Assembly (NCBI GenBank): GCA_963715545.1 | Contig: OY970252.1 | Location: 763,522-827,521, forward strand | Length of the DNA: 64,000 nucleotides | Direction of reading: 5' to 3' | Source of the DNA: an uncultured Alphaproteobacteria bacterium | Lineage (GTDB): Bacteria > Pseudomonadota > Alphaproteobacteria > Micropepsales > Micropepsaceae | Part shown: positions 1 to 10,731 of the stretch, piece after piece | Numbering within the stretch: position 1 is the stretch's first letter | Layout: every line of letters starts with the position of its first letter | Program-made: the position numbers and the translations under genes | Notes under the pieces: generated by a model | What the model was told of the DNA's origin: nothing | Databases searched by the model: none | What the model saw: the letters and a program-made list of their open reading frames with translations, nothing else

Positions 1-108
1 GCCATCGACGAGGCGACGCGCCTGGGACTCGCAGATGAAGTCGCGCGCCTGACACAGCGCAGCGATCACATCGCGGCCGTCTACAACAGTCAGTATCGCG
101 GCTTGTGA
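1..108 (+). CDS. 3' end of a hypothetical protein (partial)
   Basis: Open frame from base 1 (AIDEATRLGLADEVARLTQRSDHIAAVYNSQYRGL) to TGA at 106-108, convergent with secA. Confidence 0.5.
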   Translation, partial: AIDEATRLGLADEVARLTQRSDHIAAVYNSQYRGL

Positions 109-116
109 ACTCGCGC

Positions 117-2854
117 TTAGACCAGCGCCCCGTGGCAGTGCTTGAACTTGCGGCCCGAGCCGCAGGGGCAGGGCGCGTTGCGCTGGACCTTGCCCCAGGT
201 GTCGGGATTGTTGGGATCGACGGGCACATCGCGCAGCCGCGAGAGCCGCTGGGCCTGTTCGGACAGCGGCATGCCTTCGTCTTCGCCGGTCAGCGGATCG
301 ATGTGATGCTCCTGCATCTGGATGGGCTTCGGCTGCTCGATGGGCGGCGGCTGCTCCGATCGTTGATCTGCAGATGCATCAGCTGGCGCACCACGTCGGT
401 GCGCAGCTTGGCGAGCAGGGCTTCGAACAGCGTCGAACGCTTCGCTCTTGTATTCGTTCAGCGGATCGCGCTGGCCGTAGCCGCGCAGGCCCACATATTG
501 GCGCAGATGATCGAGATTGACGATGTGCTCGCGCCAGTCGTGATCGAGCGTCTGCAGCAGGATCGACTTTCTCGACATAGCGCATGACGTCGGGGCCGGC
601 ATTCGCGGCGCGTTCCGCCGCGCGCGTTTCGACGGCCTTCAGGATGCGCTCGCGCACTTCCTCGTCGGCGATGCCTTCTTCCTTGGTCCAGTCCACGATC
701 GGCAGCTCGACGCCGAAGATGTTCTCGACCTCGGCTTGCAGGCCGACGGCGTCCCACTGTTCGGCATAGGCCTTTTCGGGGATGTGGCGGGCGACCAGCT
801 CGTCGACCACCTCGCTCGCGCATGTCGGCGATCTGGTCGCTCACGTCGTCCGCCGACATGATTTCCTTGCGCTGCTCGAAGATCACCTTGCGCTGGTCGT
901 TGAGCACGTTGTCGTATTTCAGGATGTTCTTGCGCATTTCGAAGTTGCGCGCTTCGACCTTCTGCTGCGCCTTTTCCAGCGCCTTGTTGACCCAGGGATG
1001 GGCGATCGCTTCGCCTTTTTCGAGGCCCAGCCGCTGCAGGATCGCGTCCATGCGCTCGGAGCCGAAGATGCGCATCAGATCGTCCTGCAGGCTCAGGAAG
1101 AATTTCGAGGCGCCCGGATCGCCCTGGCGGCCGGAACGGCCGCGCAGCTGATTGTCGATGCGCCGGCTTTCATGCCGCTCGGTGCCGATGACGTAGAGAC
1201 CGCCCGCGGCCAGCGCGCGTTCCTTGTCGGCGGCGACTTCGGCGCGGATCTGCGCGATGCGGCTGGCGCGCTCCGCCTCGTCGACGACGCCGCCGAGCTC
1301 GTTGCGGATGCGCATGTCGGCATTGCCGCCCAGCTGGATGTCGGTGCCGCGGCCGGCCATGTTGGTGGCGATGGTGACGGTGCCGGACACGCCGGCCTGC
1401 GCCACGATGACGGCTTCCTGTTCGTGATAGCGCGCGTTCAGCACATTGTGCTTGATCTTGCGCTTCTTGAGCAGATCCGGAGAGCTGCTCCGATTTCTCG
1501 ATCGAGGTCGTGCCGACCAGCACGGGCTGGCCGCGCTCGTGGCAGTCCTTGATGAGCGTGATGATGGCCTCGTTCTTCTCGTCGATCGGTGCGATAGACC
1601 TCGTCGTCATGATCGGCGCGCGTTGACCGGCAGATTGGTCGGCACGTCGAGCACGTCGAGCTTGTAGATGTCCATGAACTCGGCGGCTTCGGTCAGCGCC
1701 GTGCCGGTCATGCCGGCGAGCTTTTCGTAGAGGCGGAAATAGTTCTGGAAGGTGATCGAGGCGAGCGTCACGTTCTCGGGCTGGACGACGGCGTTTTCCT
1801 TGGCTTCCAGCGCCTGGTGCAGGCCTTCGGAATAGCGCCGGCCTTCCATCATGCGGCCGGTGAATTCGTCGATGATGACGACCTGGTCGTCCTTGACGAT
1901 GTAGTCGCGGTCCTTCTGGAACAGCTTGTGGGCCTTCAGCGCCTGGTTGACGTGATGGACCATGGTGATGTTTTCGATGTCGTAGAGATCGCCGCGTCTC
2001 GAGCAGGCCTGCCTCGCGCAGCAGCTCGACCATATGCTCGTTGCCGGTCTCGGTCAGCGTGACCTGGCGTCTGTTTCTCGTCCAGTTCGAAATCGCTCCG
2101 GCTGCAGCTTCGGACATCAGCGCATCGACCGAGCGATAGACTTCGGATCTGGTCTTCGGTGGGCCCGGAGATGATCAGCGGCGTGCGCGCTTCGTCGACC
2201 AGGATGGAGTCGACTTCGTCGACGATGGCGTAGCATGGCCGCGCTGGACCATCGGCGGCGATGCGTGTATTTCATGTTGTCGCGCAGATAGTCGAAGCCG
2301 AATTCGTTGTTGGTGCCGTAGGTGACGTCGCAGGCATAGGCTTCGCGCGCGCTGCTCGTCGGTCAGGCCATGCACGATGCAGCCGACGGTCAGGCCCAGG
2401 AAGCGGTAGATCTGGCCCATCCATTCGGTGTCGCGCTTGGCCAGATAGTCGTTGACGGTGACCACATGCACGCCTTCGCCGGCCAGCGCGTTCAGATAGA
2501 CGGGAAGGGTGGCGACCAGCGTCTTGCCTTCGCCGGTCTTCATCTCGGCGATGTGGCCGCCGTGCAGCACCATGCCGCCCACCAGCTGCACGTCGAAATG
2601 GCGCTGGCCGAGGGTGCGCTTGGCCGCCTCGCGCACGATCGCGAAGGCTTCGGGCAGGAGGTCGTCGAGGTCTTCGCCCTGCCGCCAGCCGCTCCTGGAA
2701 GGCGGGCGTCATCGCCTTCAGCTCGTCGTCGGACTTGGCCTTGAAGCGCGGGTTCCAGCGCATTGATCTTCGCCACGCGCTTCCAGAAGGGCGTGATCTT
2801 GCGCTCGTTGGCCGAGCCGAAGAATTGTTGTGCAATCCCGCTGAAGCCGAGCAT
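117..2854 (-). CDS. secA: Preprotein translocase ATPase SecA (multiple apparent frameshifts)
   Basis: Fragments with [53 protein letters not shown] and a C-terminal SEC-C motif [18 protein letters not shown]. Confidence 0.97.
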
Positions 2855-3049
2855 GAAGTCCTCGTGAGGCCGGGGCCGGTTTAGCCCCGCGGGGTGACAA
2901 CCCAGCGAACGTGCGCGAGGAGACCGCCTCTCGGCGGTTCGGCCGCGCGGGAGAGATAAGAACGGGCTTCCCCCTTGTCAATTCAGGCGAATCCGGCCTA
3001 TTCCGCCCGGCCGTCAAAGCTGCGGCAGATCAGCACCGGGGACCTGGGC

Positions 3050-4396
3050 ATGGCGAAGGGGGCAACGTCCGTAGCAGGGGGCCGCAAAAGGCGCCTGCGG
3101 CTGCCGCGCGGCCCAGGAAGGCCACGCCGGCAAAGCCGGCGACGCCACATGCCAAGTCTCGCCGCTGGCGCCCAAGACGCTTCGCCAATCTGCCGCCGCT
3201 GGCGGGGGTGCGGCTGGCCACCGGCGCGGCCGGCGTCCGCTACCAGGACCGCACCGATGTGCTGCTGGCCGTGCTGGCGCCCGGAACGCAGGTCGCCGGC
3301 GTCTTCACCAAGTCCAAGACGGCCTCCGCGCCGGTCGAATGGTGCCGCGGCGCAGCTGAAGCGCGGGACAGCGCGCGCGCTGGTCGTCAACAGCGGCAAC
3401 GCCAACGCCTTCACCGGCAAGGCAGGGCAGGAGGGCGTGCGCGACGTCGCCGAGATCGGCGGCCGCGATCGTCGGTTGCCAGGCGCAGCGAGGTTTTCAT
3501 GGCCTCGACCGGCGTCATCGGCGAGCCGCTGCCGGCCGAGAACGCATCACGCGGATTCTGGGCTCGCTGGCCGAGGCCGGCGCGGCCGGCGGCTGGCGCG
3601 CCGCCGCCGAAGCGATCATGACGACCGACACCTATCCGAAGCTGGCCACGGCCACGCGCCAGATCGACGGTCATCAAGGTGACGATCAACGGCATCGCCA
3701 AGGGCTCGGGCATGATCGCGCCCGACATGGCGACGATGCTCGCTTTCGTCTTCACCGACGCCAGCTCTGCCGGCCGCCGTGCTGCAGGAACTGCTGTGCG
3801 GCGGGCGTCGAGCACGTCCTTCAACGCCATCACGGTCGACAGCGACACCTCGACCAGCGACACGCTGCTTGCTCTTCGCGACCGGCAAGGGCGCGCAGCA
3901 TCCGTCGATCGCCAAGGCCGAACGACAAGCGCCTCACCGATTTCCGCCGCAAGCTCGACGAGGTGCTGCTCGATCTCGCGCTGCAGGTGGTGCGCGACGG
4001 CGAGGGCGCGCAGAAACTGATCCAGGTCGACGTGACGGGCGCGGAGACCGACGCAGTCGGCGCGGCGCATCGCGCTTGTCGATCGCCAATTCGCCGCTGG
4101 TGAAGACGGCGATCGCCGGCAGCGACGCCAATTGGGGCCGCGTGGTGATGGCGGTCGGCAAGGCGGGCGAGCCGGCCGATCGCGACAGGCTGCAGCATCT
4201 CGTTCGGCGGCCAGGTCGTGGCCGAAAACGGCGAGCGCGCCGCTGCGTTACGACGAGGCGGCCGCCACCAAGGCCGTTTCGGGACGCGAGGTCGCAGATC
4301 GGCGTCGATCTCGGCCTCGGCAGCGGCCACGCGCGGATTTGGACCTGCGATCTGACGGACGGCTATATCCGCATCAACGGTTCCTATCGCAGTTGA
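3050..4396 (+). CDS. argJ: Bifunctional ornithine acetyltransferase/N-acetylglutamate synthase (frameshifted)
   Basis: [79 protein letters not shown]. Confidence 0.95.
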
Positions 4397-4454
4397 ACGG
4401 ATCGCCTTAAAGACGGCGTTAACACGGCCTGCTTTCATGATGGGGATGCCACGC

Positions 4455-4863
4455 ATGGCCGGGACAAAGCTTGTTCTCGTTGCGGCCTGCGCGCTGATCG
4501 ATCCCGACGGACGCGTGCTCATCGCAGCAGCGGCCACCGGGCAAGAGCATGGCGGGCCTATGGGAATTTCCGGGCGGAAAGATCGAAGCGGGCGAGACGG
4601 CCGGAAGAGACGTCATCCGCGAGCTCAAGGAAGAGCTCGGGATCGACGTGAAGGAGCCATGTCTCGCGCCCTTCACCTTCGCCTCGCATGCCTATCCGGA
4701 CTTCCATCTCCTCATGCCGCTCTTTGTGTGTCGGCGCTGGGAGGGGATCGTAACCCCTCGGGAAGGACAGGCGATCAAATGGGTGCGTCCGCGCGATCTC
4801 GGCTCCTACAAGATGCCGCCCGCAGATCTGCCGCTCATACCGATGTTGCGCGATCTGCTTTGA
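4455..4863 (+). CDS. mutT: 8-oxo-dGTP diphosphatase MutT/NUDIX (one frameshift near 4525)
   Basis: LWEFPGGKIEAGET...RELKEELG Nudix box; typical position after argJ. Confidence 0.9.
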
Positions 4864-5021
4864 AATCGTTCATTGCCGATACAAGCGGCGCCACCGCGAT
4901 CGAATACGCCATGATCGCGGGTTTCCTTTCCGCCTTCATCGTCGGCGCCGTCAATCTGTTGGGCCAGAACGTCTACTCGGCCTTCTTCAGCAAAATCGCC
5001 GCGGCGATGTCGAGCCCGTAA
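4860..5021 (+). CDS. Flp/Fap type IVb pilin
   Basis: TTG start; MKSFIADTSG-ATAIEYAMIAG followed by a hydrophobic helix, the Flp prepilin signature. Confidence 0.85.
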   Translation: MKSFIADTSGATAIEYAMIAGFLSAFIVGAVNLLGQNVYSAFFSKIAAAMSSP

Positions 5022-5029
5022 GAGTTCGC

Positions 5030-7060
5030 CTATTTCTTCGGCGGTCCGGAAATCCCCAGCGAATCTCGCAGCGCCTGCGCGTCCATCATCTTGCCGTCGC
5101 GCATCACGAGTTCGACCTGGCGCAGATCGCCGATGTTCTTCGAGGGATCGCCGTCGATCAGCGCGAGTTCCGCCAGTTTGCCTTTGGCGAGCGAACCGGT
5201 CTGGCTTTTCAGTTTGTACTCCGTCGCCGGATTGATCGTGGCCGTCGCCAGCGCCTCGGCCGGCGTCATGCCCGCCTGCACATAAAGCTCCAGCTCGTGG
5301 ATCAGCTCGAAGCCCGAGCCGTCGGTGCCGGCGAGAATGGTCATGTGGCGCTTGTTCATTTCGCCCACAAGCTCCACGAGCTTGGCGAAGCTCGCCCGCA
5401 TGCGCGCGCGAGAGACATCGGCGGTCGGGGCCTCCGCGCTTGCGAGAAACCCGCGCGAGAACTGCGACGGCAAGGTGTTGGCATAAGGCGCATCTGCGGG
5501 CGGAAAGGTTCCGTTGTCGGGCACCAGTGACGCTTCAATCACGACAAGCGTGGGATCTACGGCGATATGGCGGCGCGCGAGTTCGTCCAGATAATCCGTC
5601 ATCATCTTCGAGTGCAGATCGACGTCGGCCGCATATTTCGCCGTGCCCATGATGCGCGCGTCCGTGTTGGATTTCTGCACGACGTCGTCGGGCATCGCCT
5701 GCATCATCACGAAATAGATATGCGTGATCTCGTCATAGCCGTCGCGAACCGCGTCCAGCGGACGCATGCCGTGCGGGATGTGGCCATGCACATGCAGGCC
5801 GAGCTGGTGCGCCAGCGTGGCCATCGGTTTCACCCAGGCCGGATCCATCGATCCGTAGATCTTGATCGCGAAATAGCCTTCGTCCTTCGCGCGATGCACA
5901 TCCGCCAGAGCTTCGTCGAGCGAGTGCGCAACGACGCCCACCTGCGCCGCGAGCGGACTTGCGCCATCGATCAGCAGCGACGGCACGATGCGGGGTCCGA
6001 GAAGTTCGCCCGCTTCGATGCGTTTGCGCCGCGCCGTGGATTCCATGGGATAATTGCCGGGATCGCGCACGCTGGTGATGCCGGAGGCGAGCAGCAGCGG
6101 CCCGGTGGAATCGTCGCCGTAATGCTGGTGGTTGTCCCAGAGGCCGGGGATCAATGTTTTTCCCGTGCCGTCAATGATTTGCGCGCCGGCGGGCGCTTTC
6201 ACCTTCGCCATCGGACCGACCGCCGCAATGCGGCCGTTCTCCACGACGACAGTTTGGCCATCGCGAAATCTCAACGCGTCGGAGTCGTAGAGCTTGACGT
6301 TCCGGAACACGACCGGTCCCGCCGGCGTCTTGGCGATCTTTGCCATGAGAGCTGGTGCGCGTTTCGCCAGCGCCTCATCCTGCGCCTTGCTCAATGCGGC
6401 GCTAACGCTCTCCCAACCGACCGGAACGATCTGCGGCGCGAGCGCGAAAAATTTGTCGCCATCCATCCAGATTGGAAGGGGCGAGAGGCCGAAACCGATG
6501 AGCGAATAAGCGGTCAGCGTTTTCTTCTCGGCGCCGTTCGAGACGTCGAGCGTGGCGAGCGGCTCAATCCGCGCCTGGCCCGACGGCAGCAGATCGACGG
6601 AATGCGTCGGCGATTTCAGCATTGCGTCGACGATGAACAGGAAGGAATCGAACGTGCCGCCGAAGGCGACATAGTCGAGATTGGGCTTCACCTGTCCTGC
6701 GCCGTGATCGACGGGGCTCGTGTAGCTGTAGGCGCCGTCTTTCACGATATAGGTTTCGGCCGCATCGCCCGATGGCGTGGCGCCGCGGATGACCATCGAT
6801 TGAAGCGTGCCGTCCGGCGCGAAACGGTTCTGCTCGTCCATCTCGCTGACGAAGCCGCGAAAGTTGATGCCGACGCGCGACCAATGCGTGCCGCCGGCGT
6901 CCGTCCACAGCGAGATATGCCCGTGATTCGTCCCGGCCGAATCTGTGACCGACCACACCTTGGCGTCGGCCGGCGGCTTGGCGAGTTGATCGACGGGCGT
7001 TTGCGCGAGGGCCGGCGACGCGATGAGAGCAACAAGCAGAGCGGCAATTTTACGGAGCAT
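5030..7060 (-). CDS. Secreted amidohydrolase family protein
   Basis: Signal peptide; GKTLIPGLWDNHQH, GITSVRDPG, AGTD, AEALATATINPA, GSLAKGKLAEL. Confidence 0.88.
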   Translation of the reverse strand: MLRKIAALLVALIASPALAQTPVDQLAKPPADAKVWSVTDSAGTNHGHISLWTDAGGTHWSRVGINFRGFVSEMDEQNRFAPDGTLQSMVIRGATPSGDAAETYIVKDGAYSYTSPVDHGAGQVKPNLDYVAFGGTFDSFLFIVDAMLKSPTHSVDLLPSGQARIEPLATLDVSNGAEKKTLTAYSLIGFGLSPLPIWMDGDKFFALAPQIVPVGWESVSAALSKAQDEALAKRAPALMAKIAKTPAGPVVFRNVKLYDSDALRFRDGQTVVVENGRIAAVGPMAKVKAPAGAQIIDGTGKTLIPGLWDNHQHYGDDSTGPLLLASGITSVRDPGNYPMESTARRKRIEAGELLGPRIVPSLLIDGASPLAAQVGVVAHSLDEALADVHRAKDEGYFAIKIYGSMDPAWVKPMATLAHQLGLHVHGHIPHGMRPLDAVRDGYDEITHIYFVMMQAMPDDVVQKSNTDARIMGTAKYAADVDLHSKMMTDYLDELARRHIAVDPTLVVIEASLVPDNGTFPPADAPYANTLPSQFSRGFLASAEAPTADVSRARMRASFAKLVELVGEMNKRHMTILAGTDGSGFELIHELELYVQAGMTPAEALATATINPATEYKLKSQTGSLAKGKLAELALIDGDPSKNIGDLRQVELVMRDGKMMDAQALRDSLGISGPPKK

Positions 7061-7254
7061 GATGGGATTCCCCTTCGATGCCAGAGCTTAGCAGTGCGCA
7101 GGCTTCCGTCTACTGGGGCCACAGGCAGCAACCCATGCACGTTCTGCAACGCCAAAAAATAGCAAAAAACATTGAGCGGCTCATGGAGCGCGGGCATCCT
7201 GCCCGCATTTGTGCGAGAGGCGCGGGCCGTGCGGGCCAGAAGCCCGCGCTCCAT

Positions 7255-7809
7255 TCACGCTTTCGCCCTGCGCCGGTAGAGGGCGACCCTGGCGATGAAA
7301 TAGACGATCATGACGAGTGTCGCGGCCATGGCTGCCGTTTGCGCCATGCCGATGATGGGCGCGCCGAACCGGGCGCCTTTGGCGCTTGCAATCGCCAGCG
7401 CGCGCAGCGGATCCAGCCGCGCGAACGCTTCATTGATGCCGCCGCCCACGAGATCGTAATAGCTGAGCGTCATCGCGATCGGGTGGACATAGGCCCAGAA
7501 GGCGCGGTTCTGATGGCGCGCGGCGTAATAACCGATCAGCACGAACACGAGGGCTGCGACCGCAAGCCAGTGGAAGAAGCCGAACACGTTCGGTCCCGCC
7601 TGGAAGGGCACAAAATGCGCGATGTCGAATTTGTAGATCGCGAACGCGCTGAGATTGAGCACGATCATCGACACGACATAAGCGCGGCCCATCAGCATGT
7701 GACGCGGCGTGCCCTTCGCGCCCACGATGTTCCAGCCGCCGGCGACCAGCGCGATGAGGCAGGCGATCGTGTGAATCCAGCCGATCAATGTGATGTCGTG
7801 GATGTGCAT
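7255..7809 (-). CDS. DUF2306-like membrane protein
   Basis: GWIHT...KGTPRH..GRAY, FGFFHWLA; several TM segments. Confidence 0.65.
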   Translation of the reverse strand: MHIHDITLIGWIHTIACLIALVAGGWNIVGAKGTPRHMLMGRAYVVSMIVLNLSAFAIYKFDIAHFVPFQAGPNVFGFFHWLAVAALVFVLIGYYAARHQNRAFWAYVHPIAMTLSYYDLVGGGINEAFARLDPLRALAIASAKGARFGAPIIGMAQTAAMAATLVMIVYFIARVALYRRRAKA

Positions 7810-7821
7810 CGCTCGCCTCCG

Positions 7822-8124
7822 TCAGTCTTTGCGCGTTTCATCGATGATGGCGCGCAGGTCGCTCACATAATCTTCGAAGGCGCGGCGGCCGTCTTTCGTC
7901 AGCGCCACCCGCGTACGCGGACGCTTGCCGACGAAATCTTTTTCCACCGCCACGTAACCCGCTTCTTCCAAGGTCGTGATATGCGCGCCGAGATTGCCTT
8001 CCGTGGCGCCCACAATGGCCTTGAGGCGCACGAATTCGAGTTGCTCGCTGGGAGGAAGCGCGCGCAGCGCCGCCATGATTTTCAACCGCACGGGCTGGTG
8101 GATGATCGCGTTGGGCTGATCCAT
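7822..8124 (-). CDS. Winged-helix transcriptional regulator (HTH_34/ArsR-MarR-like)
   Basis: MDQPNAIIHQPVRLKIMAAL...ATEGNLGAHITTLEEAGYVAVEKDFVGKRPRT. Confidence 0.85.
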   Translation of the reverse strand: MDQPNAIIHQPVRLKIMAALRALPPSEQLEFVRLKAIVGATEGNLGAHITTLEEAGYVAVEKDFVGKRPRTRVALTKDGRRAFEDYVSDLRAIIDETRKD

Positions 8125-8675
8125 CACGCGCTCCGGAGCCAGAAGCCGCCCAGGATCAATCCGCCGCCGCCGACGACAGCCATCCACGGCGAAAAGTAGG
8201 GCGCGAGATTGAAGAAGCCGAAGAGCGTCAGCGCGCCCATCGCGAGTCCCAGCACGATCATGCGCGTGCCTTCGGTCCACACGCCGATCAAGAGATAGAA
8301 GAGGGCGACAAGGATCGGAAAGAACGCCGCGACCTGGGCGTCGGTGTGCGGCGGCATGATCGCGAAAATCGCGCTGATGAACAGGATCACCGAAACAAAG
8401 GTCCCGCCGTAGCGCCAGCCGAACGAGTTCGCCGTCCCCGCCTTCATCCGCCAGCCGATCAGGAAGCTTCCGATCGTGCCCGCGGCGGCAAGCACCGGCC
8501 ACACCAGAGTCCAATGCGGCCTGAAATACGCTGCGCCATAGGCGACCATCCAGATGGCGCCCCACAGAAAAAGATGAGGCGATCCGAACCGGTAGCCGAA
8601 CAGTTCGGAGCTGCGGCGTTCGGTCTTCGAAATATCGCGCAAGGTGTTTGCGGCTTCGTTGCGGGAGAGAGTCAT
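8124..8675 (-). CDS. Multi-pass membrane protein, first gene of a 3-gene operon
   Basis: 183-aa hydrophobic ORF whose stop overlaps the wHTH start. Confidence 0.75.
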   Translation of the reverse strand: MTLSRNEAANTLRDISKTERRSSELFGYRFGSPHLFLWGAIWMVAYGAAYFRPHWTLVWPVLAAAGTIGSFLIGWRMKAGTANSFGWRYGGTFVSVILFISAIFAIMPPHTDAQVAAFFPILVALFYLLIGVWTEGTRMIVLGLAMGALTLFGFFNLAPYFSPWMAVVGGGGLILGGFWLRSA

Positions 8676-8696
8676 GCGGGTCCTCCTTGGTTCATG

Positions 8697-8731
8697 TAGA
8701 TAACTCTACTGTATAGAGTTATCTATGTCAA
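8697..8731 (-). promoter_or_regulatory. Perfect 12-bp inverted repeat (operator) adjacent to a TTGACA -35
   Basis: TAGATAACTCTA-N5-TAGAGTTATCTA (8697-8725); TTGACA on the minus strand at 8726-8731. Confidence 0.7.
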
Positions 8732-8765
8732 GGAGGCGACGAGCGCGAACCAGCAGTACGCAGGT

Positions 8766-9629
8766 TTATGGCTTGGAACGCGGCGCGGGCTCTCCCGCCG
8801 ATTTTTCTTTCGCGCCCAGAGCATCCGCCAGCCGCGCCTTCGCGCTGCCGGGCGCGAGCGGTTTCTGCTGGCTCTCGTGGGGGGCCCAGGCGGTCAGAGT
8901 GATGACGTCGAAGGTCGTCCGAAACCGGCGGTCCGCCGCGGAATATTGTGCGAGCGTGGCGGCCAGTGTATCGCGGCGGAGGAATTTTCGGCTGCGTTCG
9001 GCCAGCGCGTTCGTCTCGCCCAGCGCGCGAAGGTCATTCACGAGAGTCGAAAATTCGCCATAGGCGACATCGATGCGCTCGACATCGGCGACGGGCAGCG
9101 CGAAGCCCGCGCGCTGCAAAAGCCCGCCCAGATCGCGCACATCGGCGAAAGGCGCCACGCGTGGGCTCACGCCCCCGATGGTTTCGCTTTCGCCGAACGC
9201 AAAGGCGCGGCGCAATTCGCCGAGCGTGCCTCCCCCGAATAGACTCGCGAGAAATAGTCCGTCCGGCTTCAACACGCGCCGGATTTCGCTGAGCGCGCCC
9301 GGAAGATCGTTGCGCGCATGCAATGACAACACGCTGGTCACGAGATCGAATGCGCCGTTTGCGAAAGGCAAGGCGTGTTCTTCCGTTGCGACAGCCGTGC
9401 GTGTCCACTGTGCGGCGTGGCGCTCAATGGTCTGAAACGCGGCGTCGCGCGACTCAAGATCGAGCGCGTTCGCGAATTCGCGCTTCACCGCGCCCAGCCG
9501 CTCCGACAGATTTTCCGACGCTTCGCTTTCGAGAAAACTCGTGGCGCCACGCCGCACCGCGCGGGCGCGGCGCAGCGCATAGGCGCGGGAATCGAAGATT
9601 CGGGGAATGGTCGCGGAATTATTCGTCAT
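8766..9629 (-). CDS. SAM-dependent methyltransferase (BioC/NDUFAF5-like)
   Basis: FDLVTSVLSLH..NDLPG, LKPDGLF, GGVSPRVAPF, LLQRAGFALPVAD; divergent from comF. Confidence 0.9.
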   Translation of the reverse strand: MTNNSATIPRIFDSRAYALRRARAVRRGATSFLESEASENLSERLGAVKREFANALDLESRDAAFQTIERHAAQWTRTAVATEEHALPFANGAFDLVTSVLSLHARNDLPGALSEIRRVLKPDGLFLASLFGGGTLGELRRAFAFGESETIGGVSPRVAPFADVRDLGGLLQRAGFALPVADVERIDVAYGEFSTLVNDLRALGETNALAERSRKFLRRDTLAATLAQYSAADRRFRTTFDVITLTAWAPHESQQKPLAPGSAKARLADALGAKEKSAGEPAPRSKP

Positions 9630-9646
9630 GGCTTAGAGTAGGCGGG

Positions 9647-10444
9647 ATGACGACGTTGTTCGAGAGCGGGCCAAAGTCCGAAATGCGCGGTCTTGCGCGG
9701 GGAATTCGCCGGGCGGGAGCCGGCGCGCTCAATCTTTTGTTTCCGCCGCTCTGCGTCGGTTGCCGCGCGCCCGTCTTCGAGCCGCATTCTCTGTGCGCCA
9801 CCTGTTGGGGGACGATTGCGTTCCTCGATGGCCCGGCCTGCGACTGCTGCGGCTATCCGTTCGAGATCGATCCGGGCCCAGGCACGATCTGCAGCGCCTG
9901 CCATGCCCGTCCGCCGGCCTTCGCCCGCGCGCGCTCCGTCATGCGTTACGACGACGGCAGCAAGAAGCTGATCCTGGCGCTCAAGCGCGCCGACCGGCTC
10001 GATCTGGCGCCGGCATTCGGCCGCTGGCTCGACCGTTCCGGGCGCGCCCTTCTGGCCGAGGCCGATCTGATCGTGCCGGTGCCACTGCATCCGCGCCGGC
10101 TTTGGCGGCGGCGCTACAACCAGTCGGCGATCCTCGCCCAGCGGCTCGCGAAGCTTGCGGGAAAGCCTGCCGATCCGCTCCTGCTGCGGCGCATTCGGGA
10201 GACTCCCAGCCAGGGCGAAATGCCGTCCGCCAAGGCGCGGCGGCGCAATGTGCGGGGCGCCTTCCGCGTGGCCCCCGAGGCGGGGCAGGCGCTGCGCGGC
10301 AAGGCGGTTCTGCTGATCGACGATGTTTACACCACGGGCGCGACCATCGACGCCTGCGCGCGGGCGCTCAAGCGGGCGGGCGCGGCCAAAGTCCTGGTGC
10401 TTACGCTGGCGCGCGTTGTCCGCCCGACGACAAGCCTTATATAA
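9647..10444 (+). CDS. comF: ComF family protein (double zinc ribbon + phosphoribosyltransferase)
   Basis: Several CxxC pairs, VPVPLH, RRYNQS, LLIDDVYTTGAT. Confidence 0.9.
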   Translation: MTTLFESGPKSEMRGLARGIRRAGAGALNLLFPPLCVGCRAPVFEPHSLCATCWGTIAFLDGPACDCCGYPFEIDPGPGTICSACHARPPAFARARSVMRYDDGSKKLILALKRADRLDLAPAFGRWLDRSGRALLAEADLIVPVPLHPRRLWRRRYNQSAILAQRLAKLAGKPADPLLLRRIRETPSQGEMPSAKARRRNVRGAFRVAPEAGQALRGKAVLLIDDVYTTGATIDACARALKRAGAAKVLVLTLARVVRPTTSLI

Positions 10445-10470
10445 CAGAGACGGGTCTGGAACTGAGAATC

Positions 10471-10728
10471 ATGGCGCGCGTCAAAATCTACACCACTCCG
10501 ATCTGCCCCTATTGCGTGCGGGCAAAATCGCTTCTGAAGAAGAAAGGCGCGGAGATCGACGAGATCGACGTGTTCATGAACGGCGATGCGCGCAGCGAAA
10601 TGGAAACGAAATCCGGCGGGCGGCAGACCGTGCCGCAGATTTTTGTGGGCGAGACCCATGTCGGCGGCTGCGACGATCTTTATGCGCTCGAGCATGACGG
10701 CAAGCTCGATCCTCTGTTGAACGGATAG
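10471..10728 (+). CDS. grxC: Glutaredoxin 3
   Basis: CPYC, TVPQIF, GGCDDL. Confidence 0.95.
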   Translation: MARVKIYTTPICPYCVRAKSLLKKKGAEIDEIDVFMNGDARSEMETKSGGRQTVPQIFVGETHVGGCDDLYALEHDGKLDPLLNG

Positions 10729-10731
10729 ATC

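Noticed and set aside
5567-7162. Long antisense ORFs (e.g. 5567-7162, 18869-20605, 40905-42539, 48677-49972)
   Set aside because: Shadow frames of real genes in high-GC DNA with no recognisable motifs
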